Shown here piece after piece: positions 56,951 to 64,000 of a stretch of DNA of 64,000 nucleotides. A program made the translations under genes and the position numbers. Every line of letters begins with the position of its first letter. The stretch's first letter is position 1. Below the pieces are notes generated by a model. It did no database searches, had not been told where the DNA came from, and saw only the letters and a program-made list of their open reading frames with translations. The stretch comes from Minisyncoccota bacterium (GTDB taxonomy: Bacteria > Patescibacteriota > Minisyncoccia > Phycocordibacterales > Phycocordibacteraceae), in contig DASPLI010000001.1 of assembly GCA_035627655.1 (NCBI GenBank), forward strand, positions 195,355-259,354. The letters are read 5' to 3'.

Positions 56951-58414
56951 ATGCGCTTCCCTGTTCCGTCTGCAGTTTCGGATATCGCCGAAGGCCTCCG
57001 GAAGGCTGGATTCGAGGCCTACCTCGTTGGCGGCTGCGTACGGGATCTCCTCCTCAACCGAAAGCCGAAAGACTGGGATATCACCACCAATGCCAAGCCT
57101 GAGGATATCCAGCGGATCTTCCCGGACTCTTTCTATGAAAACGACTTCGGCACGGTCGGGGTCAAGACAGGTTCTGCAGACCCTTCCCTCGCGATCATTG
57201 AAGTAACGCCATATCGCACCGAATCGGAGTATTCGGATAAGCGTCGGCCGGATTCGGTTCAGTTTGGGGATAGTCTTGAAGAGGATCTTGCCCGTCGTGA
57301 CTTTACGATAAACGCTATAGCCTACGATGAGTCTAAAGGACATATCGTAGACCCTTATAAAGGACAAAAGGACATTGAGAATAGGGTCTTACGGACAGTA
57401 CGAGACCCAGAAGACCGCTTTGAGGAGGATGGACTGCGTCTTATGCGGGCGGTACGGCTTGTTGCGGAGCTGGAATTTGCCCTTGATGCCGATACTGCAG
57501 CGGGAATACAGAAAAAAGCCAAGAATCTAAGCCATATTTCGAAGGAACGTATACGGGATGAATTCGTACGAATTCTTGCGTCAAAGCAGCCAATGCTTGG
57601 CCTTGTGCTTGCCCAGCAGCTCGGACTTCTCGAGCTTATTGCTCCGGATTTGGTTCGCGGTATTGGTGTAGAACAGAATCAGGCCCATAGTTACGACGTA
57701 TTCGGCCATTTGATGCGTTCCCTGCAGCACGCGGCTGATAAAGACTGGAATATGGATATACGGCTTGCTGCCGTGTTCCATGACGTCTCAAAGCCGGAGA
57801 CCCGTCGCTGGTCTAAGGAGAAACGGGACTGGACCTTCCATGGACACGAGGTAGTAGGGGCCAGGGTTACAGAAAAGGCACTCCATGACCTACGGTTTCC
57901 ACGTGAAACCATCGAGAAAGTCGTGAAATTGGTCCGTTGGCACATGTTCTTCTCTGATCCGGATCAAATTACCCTCTCGGCAGTTCGCCGGATTATCCGG
58001 AACGTGGGCCCCGATCATATATGGGACCTCCTCAACCTCCGCATCTGCGACCGTATCGGCACCGGTCGCCCGAAGGAGCAGCCCTTCCGTTTCCGTAAGT
58101 ACAAGGCCATGGTGGAGGAGGCGCTCCGCGACCCGATCTCTGTCGGGATGCTCAAGATAGACGGCAACATCATCATGACTCGGTTCCATGTGAAACCAGG
58201 CCCGGCCATAGGACATATCCTCAATGCACTCCTCGAAGAGGTGCTGGAAGATCCGAAGCGCAATACAGAAGACTACCTGTACCAAAGGACGGCCCAGTTG
58301 CTAGATCTCTCGGAAGAGGAGCTCAAAAAACTGGGGGAGTCTGGCAGGGAGAAGCGTGAAAAGGCAGAGGAAGCAGAACTTCAGAAGATTCTCGATAAAC
58401 ATCACGTTTGCTAA
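56951..58414 (+). CDS. cca: CCA tRNA nucleotidyltransferase with HD domain
   Basis: VGGCVRD, DWDITT, DLARRDFTINA, RFEEDGLR, SKERIRDE, FHDVSKP. Confidence 0.93.
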   Translation: MRFPVPSAVSDIAEGLRKAGFEAYLVGGCVRDLLLNRKPKDWDITTNAKPEDIQRIFPDSFYENDFGTVGVKTGSADPSLAIIEVTPYRTESEYSDKRRPDSVQFGDSLEEDLARRDFTINAIAYDESKGHIVDPYKGQKDIENRVLRTVRDPEDRFEEDGLRLMRAVRLVAELEFALDADTAAGIQKKAKNLSHISKERIRDEFVRILASKQPMLGLVLAQQLGLLELIAPDLVRGIGVEQNQAHSYDVFGHLMRSLQHAADKDWNMDIRLAAVFHDVSKPETRRWSKEKRDWTFHGHEVVGARVTEKALHDLRFPRETIEKVVKLVRWHMFFSDPDQITLSAVRRIIRNVGPDHIWDLLNLRICDRIGTGRPKEQPFRFRKYKAMVEEALRDPISVGMLKIDGNIIMTRFHVKPGPAIGHILNALLEEVLEDPKRNTEDYLYQRTAQLLDLSEEELKKLGESGREKREKAEEAELQKILDKHHVC

Positions 58415-58569
58415 GGGTTCCATGTGAAACCCCGAATAAAGCAAAAGCCACCCGGTATGTGGCCTGCTCTGGTACCTGAATTAGGAGGCGGGCAAAATGA
58501 TGGTGGTACCAGATAGGGATTAGGCCCTAAGGGGGTGGCTTTGCAATAAGTGGCTTTTCACGTGGAACG
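57895..58569. repeat. Cluster of four parS-like 16-mers
   Basis: GTTTCCACGTGAAACC (57895), GGTTCCATGTGAAACC (58182 and 58416), CTTTTCACGTGGAACG (58554) versus consensus TGTTNCACGTGAAACA. Confidence 0.78.
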
Positions 58570-58712
58570 ACTTCCCAATGGTAGGTGAGGGGATACGCCC
58601 CGAATCGTTGGAGGGTCTTCCGGTGTGAAAGCGCTGATAGAAAGAACGCGCAAAGAACAGTCCGCAATCCAAGGCGGACTCTTCGCTTACGCGTCCGCCC
58701 GCCCTGGCCTGT
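58435..58712 (-). ncRNA. Candidate structured ncRNA, class unknown
   Basis: Intergenic region with no credible ORF, nested stems, and a minus-strand TTTACG-16-TAGAAT promoter-like element at 58718-58745. Confidence 0.35.
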
Positions 58713-58801
58713 AATGTATTCTATGTCCTATAGGACATTCGTAAAGGACATTTGTGTGGATAAATGTCCTTTATCTTCTAGACGGAATAAAGGGGTGAAG
58801 A

Positions 58802-59596
58802 TCAGCCGAGCGTAATGGAAACGGGGCAGTGGTCTGAGCCGAAGACCTCAGGATGTATTTCTGCTTTCTTTACTTTGGACGCAAGTTTCTTTGAGACGAA
58901 AACGTAGTCAATTCTCCATCCTACATTACGCTCTCGAGCGTGATTGAAGTGGCTCCACCAGGAGTAATGGCCGTTGCCCTTGGTAAAGAGGCGGAAGGTA
59001 TCCATAAATCCTGCATCAACAAGGCGCTGAATTCCTTCGCGTTCCTCGTCGGTAAAGCCTTTCACGCCTCGGTTTTCCTTTGGGCGCGCAAGATCGTCTT
59101 CTGTGTGGGCAACATTGAGGTCGCCGCAAAAGATAACCGGCTTTTCCTCCTCGAGACGCTTCATGTACTCAAGAAACGCCGGATCCCATTGGTTATGGCG
59201 GAGGGAGAGGCGAGAGAGGTCGTCTTTTGCGTTCGGGGTGTAGACGGATACGACGAAAAAGGTGTGCATGTCTGCGGCGATAATGCGCCCTTCTTTATTG
59301 GGGTCTCCGTAGCCGTCAGTATGGAGGCCATACTTCTCAGCGATATCGTCGGGAAGTCCAAAGCGGACATCCGACGGAGTTTCTTTCGTGAAAATAGCAA
59401 CGCCGCTGTAGCCCTTCTTCTCTGCGGAGCACCAGTACTCCTCGTACTCGGGCAGGTCGATTTCTGCCTGGCCCTCCATAGCCTTGGTTTCCTGGAGGCA
59501 GAGAATATCGGGTTTGTATTTCTTTACGAAGGGAACAAAGACCCCTTTTTTATGGACGGCCCGTAACCCGTTGACGTTCCAGGAGATGATGCGCAT
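58802..59596 (-). CDS. xth: Exodeoxyribonuclease III
   Basis: SWNVNGLRA, LQETK, GYSGVA, CGDLNVAH, GWRIDY, SDHCP. Confidence 0.96.
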   Translation of the reverse strand: MRIISWNVNGLRAVHKKGVFVPFVKKYKPDILCLQETKAMEGQAEIDLPEYEEYWCSAEKKGYSGVAIFTKETPSDVRFGLPDDIAEKYGLHTDGYGDPNKEGRIIAADMHTFFVVSVYTPNAKDDLSRLSLRHNQWDPAFLEYMKRLEEEKPVIFCGDLNVAHTEDDLARPKENRGVKGFTDEEREGIQRLVDAGFMDTFRLFTKGNGHYSWWSHFNHARERNVGWRIDYVFVSKKLASKVKKAEIHPEVFGSDHCPVSITLG

Positions 59597-59691
59597 GCAG
59601 GAATTCTAGCAGGCGCATGAATGGGTAATGGAGAACATAGTTGTTCGTCCGTGCGAGAGGGGGTAGGGTAGGGACCAGAAAGGGAACTCTC

Positions 59692-60003
59692 GTGACACAA
59701 ACACCAGACGATCAGCGTTTTTCTGAACTCTTTGGCTTCTCTCTGATTCGACCTTCGCCAGAGATCATTGCACGGGCAAATGAGGTGAATTCCCTCTTTG
59801 ATGCCCTTGCAGACGAAGTCGAAATACAGAGTCTTGCGGTCTTCCGCAAGGCAGGGAAGGAGGAGGAACACCGGTTCTTTCTCTCCAATGTCGCCAATTG
59901 CCCTTCCGAAGTTCTTGAAACTGCCCGAAAAATCCTCGCTCCGGATTCGGCGGAGCGATGCGAAAAACAAAAGCGAGATCAAGAGAAGGACCGCCGGCAC
60001 TAG
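59692..60003 (+). CDS. Hypothetical protein
   Basis: GTG start after AAAGGGA; 103 aa. Confidence 0.45.
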   Translation: MTQTPDDQRFSELFGFSLIRPSPEIIARANEVNSLFDALADEVEIQSLAVFRKAGKEEEHRFFLSNVANCPSEVLETARKILAPDSAERCEKQKRDQEKDRRH

Positions 60004-60012
60004 CCGGCGGCC

Positions 60013-60918
60013 TTATTTTCCTCGGCTATGAAACTTCCGATGCACTTCTCGCAGATGTGCATCCGTCACATGCGTGTAAATTTGCGTCGTGTTGATGGAT
60101 GCATGACCAAGAAGTGCCTGCACGCTTCTAATATCAGCGCCGTTTGAGAGAAGATCGGTTGCAAAGGAGTGGCGAAGTACATGCGGCGTGACTTTCTTGG
60201 TAATTCCCGCTTTCGCCGCATACTTTTTCATAATGTTCTGCACCGAGCGGGGCGTGAGACGGGCTGCGTTCTTGCGGGACATCTTTTCGTCCGCCACCAC
60301 GTTTACAAACAGTGCCTCCTCCATGTCTTTGCGCTCCTTCAGGTACGTGCGCACCGCTTCCTTTGCGGAAGGGGAGAGGAAGACGACGCGCACCTTGTCT
60401 CCCTTACCGCGCACTGACAATTCGTCTCGCGAGAGGTCGATATCCGAGTTGAGGGAGCAGAGTTCCGAAACACGAAGACCAGTTGAGAAGAGAAGTTCGA
60501 GAATTGCACGGTCACGCAGTGCCCGTTGACTGGTGCCTTTTGTTGCGTCGAGAAGACGCTCGAGCTCAGTTGAAGAAATAAGGTCGAGGGAGCGTTCAGG
60601 GAGCTTCGCAAGTTCGATGCGCTCCGGGGAAACGCACGGAATCTCGCGCTTGCGGAGAAACTTGAGAAACGCACGAAGCGCGATGAGGTAATAATTCTGT
60701 GTTCGGCGCTTCATGGCGCCTGAGGTGCCTGGCTGGCGGTTCAGCCAGAGGCGGAATTCGCGAATTTTGTCTTCCGTGATATCGCTCACATTCTTGATCT
60801 GTCCCCAAGCAAAGAATCGATCAAGATAGTGGTCGTAGTTTTCAACTGTCTTTACCGCGCGACCGCGCTCAATCTCGATGTATTCAAGAAATTGGCGTTT
60901 CATTGCGGCAGCATCCAT
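60013..60918 (-). CDS. XerC/XerD-type tyrosine recombinase
   Basis: RDRAILELLFSTGLRVSEL, GKGDK.R, TPHVLRHSFAT, LLGH, TTQIYTHV; ATG 6 nt after TATACT. Confidence 0.93.
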   Translation of the reverse strand: MDAAAMKRQFLEYIEIERGRAVKTVENYDHYLDRFFAWGQIKNVSDITEDKIREFRLWLNRQPGTSGAMKRRTQNYYLIALRAFLKFLRKREIPCVSPERIELAKLPERSLDLISSTELERLLDATKGTSQRALRDRAILELLFSTGLRVSELCSLNSDIDLSRDELSVRGKGDKVRVVFLSPSAKEAVRTYLKERKDMEEALFVNVVADEKMSRKNAARLTPRSVQNIMKKYAAKAGITKKVTPHVLRHSFATDLLSNGADIRSVQALLGHASINTTQIYTHVTDAHLREVHRKFHSRGK

Positions 60919-61017
60919 AAAAAAAGTATACCGTACGACTTCGCACAATATTTTGTCGGGAAAAACAAAAAGGCCGCGCACGTGAGCGCGGCCTTTCCAG
61001 TTAGCGCAATGAAGCGA

Positions 61018-62841
61018 CTACTGTTGCTGCTGGCGTACCAGATCCAGGTCGAGGTTATCGAATGCCAGGATCGGCGCGGACAGCGCTTGGCCCGATTGGG
61101 CCGTGAACACGACGCGGTTGCCCGCTTCCGTCCACTTCAGTTCCGGAGAAAGTGCCGAGGCGGCGAAGAATTCACGACCGGCCTGCCCGTCGATGAGCAG
61201 GAAGATCGTGTCGCCGTTGCTATCGCGCACAGTGAGTGCACGACGCACGACGCCTTCGATCCGTTCGTTTTGGACCGTTGCGTCCGCGCCAAGTCGCGCT
61301 CCACGTTGCGTGAGAGCGGACTGGTAGGCGCGGTGCGCTTGGTCCAGAGACGAGCCGACGCCGACGATTTGGTAGTCCTGCACGTTCACGAACGCGTACA
61401 TCTTCACCAGCCCGTCCGTGCCTTTGAGCGGCACGAAGTAGGTGGGGATGCCATCCACGTTGTAGAGGATGGGAGTAGAAGCGACATAGCCGCTGTTCTC
61501 CACGCCTTGTGTCGAGAGGGTGCCAAGTGCCGTCGATGCCGCAGACGCCTGGTCGGCGCCCGGGATCATGTAGCGCCGGACGAGGCGCGTCCTCGTATCA
61601 ACGAGGGCGAAGCCGTTCATGCCTTGGCTCGAGCCTGCAGCTTGCAGGCTGACGAACCAGTACGAGCGGCCGTCTTCTCCATGAACCATCGTGGTGTAGT
61701 CGCCGGGACGGATGATGTTCCGCCGAGCGCCCCACGTGTTCCAGTAGCCTTCGACCCATTTCCCCCAGTGGAAGAGGAGGTCATGGACCATAGTTGCCGG
61801 TTGGATCTGGTCGACCCAGGCCGGCGCTTCCGTGGGCGCATAGCGCTCGATCTCGCCGGTTTGAGCGTCGATCACGAGCACGTCACTTGGAACGTCGCCA
61901 GAGAACCCGATGGTCCGCTGGAACGTCGACACAACCCAGTAGGGTCGGCCGCGGTCGTCGATCTCGAATTTGTAGTCAGCGAGACCTTCCGACAGGTAGC
62001 CGTGTTCGCGCAGATACCGCGGGAGATAGTCCCCGAGGTGCCCGCCGTCGTTGAGGAGTCGGATCGCAAAGTCAGTGCTTTCCGTCTGATCGATCGTCCA
62101 CAAGCCGGTCACGAGGAATACCCGCGACTGGTCTTCAGCCGACACGATGACGTATCCGGGCGTGGAGTGGTAGCTCCAATACCGGAAGATGCTGTCGTGG
62201 GTGAGCGGACCCACCCAGACCAGTTCGTTGTCGAAGCAGATGCGATTCTGCTCGCCGCTATGCTGCGCGATGTTCAGACAGCCGTTGAGGAGCTGAATGT
62301 CCATCGCACCGAGGTGCGTGCGGGAGCCGAGACTCGGCACCTGTTCGACGACGCGGTTGCCAAGCCGATAGGCGAGGTCCGCATCCACTTGGCGCATGTG
62401 CCGGATATCAACCGGCGAAACGTCTTCTGTGAACGTACTGGTCACGGGGTCGTTGCCGAGCAGGGCTCGGTAGCGGCCGCTGTTGAACAGCGGGTCGCTT
62501 GCAAAGAAACCGACCACGATGAGCATGAAGAGACTGAAGCCGACGGCGCCGATCGGGACGATCGCGCCAAAGGATGGCTTTGCTTCGTCGTCGCTGTAGC
62601 TGTAGCTGTCGTGCATGAGCCAAAGCGCAAAGGCACAGTAAATGCCAAACGCCAGGAGCATGAGCCAGTTCGTGTGGAAGTTCCACGCAAACGTCGGCAG
62701 AGCGATCCAGCCCCAGAAGCCGAAGAGGACGAACGCAAGGATGGTGTAGGACACGGTCCGCACCAAACCTCGGCCCGAGAGGCTGAGCGAAAGTGCGGTG
62801 AGCACAGCCGCGATGCCTCCGTAGACCAGGAAAAACGTCAT
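61018..62841 (-). CDS. Conserved hypothetical membrane protein with large soluble domain (SD-led)
   Basis: Four N-terminal TM helices; FEIDD.GRPYWVV..GFSG.....IDAQTGEI..Y...P.WVD..QP; terminator at 60968-60997. Confidence 0.75.
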   Translation of the reverse strand: MTFFLVYGGIAAVLTALSLSLSGRGLVRTVSYTILAFVLFGFWGWIALPTFAWNFHTNWLMLLAFGIYCAFALWLMHDSYSYSDDEAKPSFGAIVPIGAVGFSLFMLIVVGFFASDPLFNSGRYRALLGNDPVTSTFTEDVSPVDIRHMRQVDADLAYRLGNRVVEQVPSLGSRTHLGAMDIQLLNGCLNIAQHSGEQNRICFDNELVWVGPLTHDSIFRYWSYHSTPGYVIVSAEDQSRVFLVTGLWTIDQTESTDFAIRLLNDGGHLGDYLPRYLREHGYLSEGLADYKFEIDDRGRPYWVVSTFQRTIGFSGDVPSDVLVIDAQTGEIERYAPTEAPAWVDQIQPATMVHDLLFHWGKWVEGYWNTWGARRNIIRPGDYTTMVHGEDGRSYWFVSLQAAGSSQGMNGFALVDTRTRLVRRYMIPGADQASAASTALGTLSTQGVENSGYVASTPILYNVDGIPTYFVPLKGTDGLVKMYAFVNVQDYQIVGVGSSLDQAHRAYQSALTQRGARLGADATVQNERIEGVVRRALTVRDSNGDTIFLLIDGQAGREFFAASALSPELKWTEAGNRVVFTAQSGQALSAPILAFDNLDLDLVRQQQQ

Positions 62842-62884
62842 TCCTGTTGCCTTTCTCTGTTGTAGGGAACAATTCCCGTCTATA

Positions 62885-62913
62885 ATTATAGTCTAAATTA
62901 CACCTTTTGTCAA
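62885..62913 (-). promoter_or_regulatory. Perfect-consensus sigma70 promoter
   Basis: Minus strand TTGACA-17 nt-TATAAT. Confidence 0.82.
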
Positions 62914-62984
62914 TTTATAGCCTGGAGGATCCGCATACCACACAACGCTTGCGCTTTTTAGCAAGGTGTGGTACTATCCACGCC

Positions 62985-63251
62985 ATGCTTACCAAGCGCG
63001 TAAAGACGGCCGTTATCAAAGACACGGCTCGCCATGACACAGACACTGGCTCTCCGGAGGTCCAGGTTGCTGTGCTTACACGCCGCATTTCTGAACTGAC
63101 GAAGCACCTTAAGAAGAACGCGAAGGATAACCACTCCCGCCGCGGCCTTCTTCAGATGGTTGCCGATCGTCGTGCTCACCTGCGGTACCTCGAGAAGAAC
63201 GACAAGCGCCGCTACAACGCGCTTGTAAAGAAGCTCGGACTTAAGAAGTAA
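62985..63251 (+). CDS. rpsO: 30S ribosomal protein S15
   Basis: [19 protein letters not shown]...KD.HSRRGL; ATG 7 nt after TACTAT. Confidence 0.97.
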   Translation: MLTKRVKTAVIKDTARHDTDTGSPEVQVAVLTRRISELTKHLKKNAKDNHSRRGLLQMVADRRAHLRYLEKNDKRRYNALVKKLGLKK

Positions 63252-63346
63252 GGAAAACGCCGGGGATACCCGGCCTTTCCGTTTCTGGCGGTGGTAAGCT
63301 AGCAGTGTGCGCATTTAATAAGCTTTTTCATACTTTTTTCTAACGT

Positions 63347-63862
63347 ATGCCAGTTATCAAACATTCGGCGCAACGAGTCGGCGTCTTTATCGATACCCAG
63401 AACCTCTACCATAGCGCTAAACACCTGTATAAGAGCCGTGTAAACTTCGCCAACGTGCTTGCAGAGGCAGTGGGCGGCCGTACCCTGGTGCGCGCCATCG
63501 CCTACGTGATCTCAACAGAGAGCGGTGACGAGACCAACTTCTTCGAAGCCCTCACGAAGATCGGCATTGAAACGAAGGTCAAAGACCTACAGATCTTCTC
63601 CGATGGAGCAAAGAAAGCCGACTGGGACGTCGGGCTTGCCATTGATGCGGTAAAGCTCGCGCCAAAACTCGACACCGTTATTCTTGCGACCGGCGACGGC
63701 GACTTCGTGCCGCTCATCGAATACCTTGATATGAACGAGGGCTGCCAGGTGGAAGTTATTTCATTCGGAAAGTCTTCTTCTGCAAAACTCAAGGAAGCGG
63801 CGCATGCCTTCACTGACATGTGCGAAGATCCGAAGCGTTTCTTGATCGGCGGCCGCGGATAA
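63347..63862 (+). CDS. NYN domain protein (LabA/DUF88)
   Basis: FIDTQNLY, KADWDVGLAID, TGDGDF.PL. Confidence 0.9.
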   Translation: MPVIKHSAQRVGVFIDTQNLYHSAKHLYKSRVNFANVLAEAVGGRTLVRAIAYVISTESGDETNFFEALTKIGIETKVKDLQIFSDGAKKADWDVGLAIDAVKLAPKLDTVILATGDGDFVPLIEYLDMNEGCQVEVISFGKSSSAKLKEAAHAFTDMCEDPKRFLIGGRG

Positions 63863-63898
63863 ATAAGAACGCCCGCTTGGTATACTTGATACCAAGTT

Positions 63899-64000
63899 AT
63901 GGCGGACCAGCAGCCTTCACAACAGTCTTCGCATGTTCGAACCTACGCGCGCGACGTTGCGACGCTGACGGGTAAACCGCTGCCAAAAAATGTACAGAAC
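63899..64000 (+). CDS. Hypothetical protein, 5' fragment
   Basis: ATG after TATACT; open to the window end (..VRTYARDVA..). Confidence 0.5.
   Translation, partial: MADQQPSQQSSHVRTYARDVATLTGKPLPKNVQN

Noticed and set aside
58575-58605. Minus-strand GGGG-CGTAT-CCCC-TCACCTACCA resembling a tRNA/tmRNA 3' end
   Set aside because: No canonical T-loop, no matching 5' acceptor strand and no tag reading frame found; the RNase P (GAGGAAAGUCC) and SRP core motifs are also absent.
60013-60918. Prophage or island integrase
   Set aside because: Sequence is Xer-like with a core-type leaderless start, and no phage genes are nearby.
60829-62865. 678 aa ORF on the + strand
   Set aside because: Antisense shadow of the 61018-62841 gene, which has the promoter, TM pattern and terminator; no recognisable motifs of its own.

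Overview
A 64 kb chromosomal segment of a small-genome bacterium, by inference a Patescibacteria/CPR organism (Parcubacteria/Paceibacteria-like). It has compact housekeeping genes (yidC, rsmA, uvrD, recJ, pgk, tpiA, nusA, ppa, clpP, rny, HU, rarA, cca, xth, xer, rpsO), a CPR-type type IV secretion-like locus with no relaxase or coupling protein in view (0.65-13 kb), type IV pilus and competence genes, four tRNAs and a cluster of parS-like sites. The main observation is that there are two classes of gene-expression signal. Most core genes have a -10 box only 6-10 nt before the start codon and no Shine-Dalgarno (SD), so they look leaderless. About 20 accessory genes scattered singly between them carry strong SD motifs, often with consensus -35/-10 promoters and their own terminators. 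This SD class includes alphaproteobacterial-type regulators (a GcrA homologue and two PraR/PhrR-like XRE proteins), a DUF350/lipoprotein/glutathionylspermidine-synthase/K+-channel module and a MORC-like GHKL ATPase operon. That suggests host-derived and possibly host-directed genes in an episymbiont. A structured non-coding region next to parS and DnaA-box motifs (58.4-58.8 kb) is a candidate ncRNA. All calls come from reading motifs by eye; no searches were run, and several start codons were re-assigned from upstream signals.
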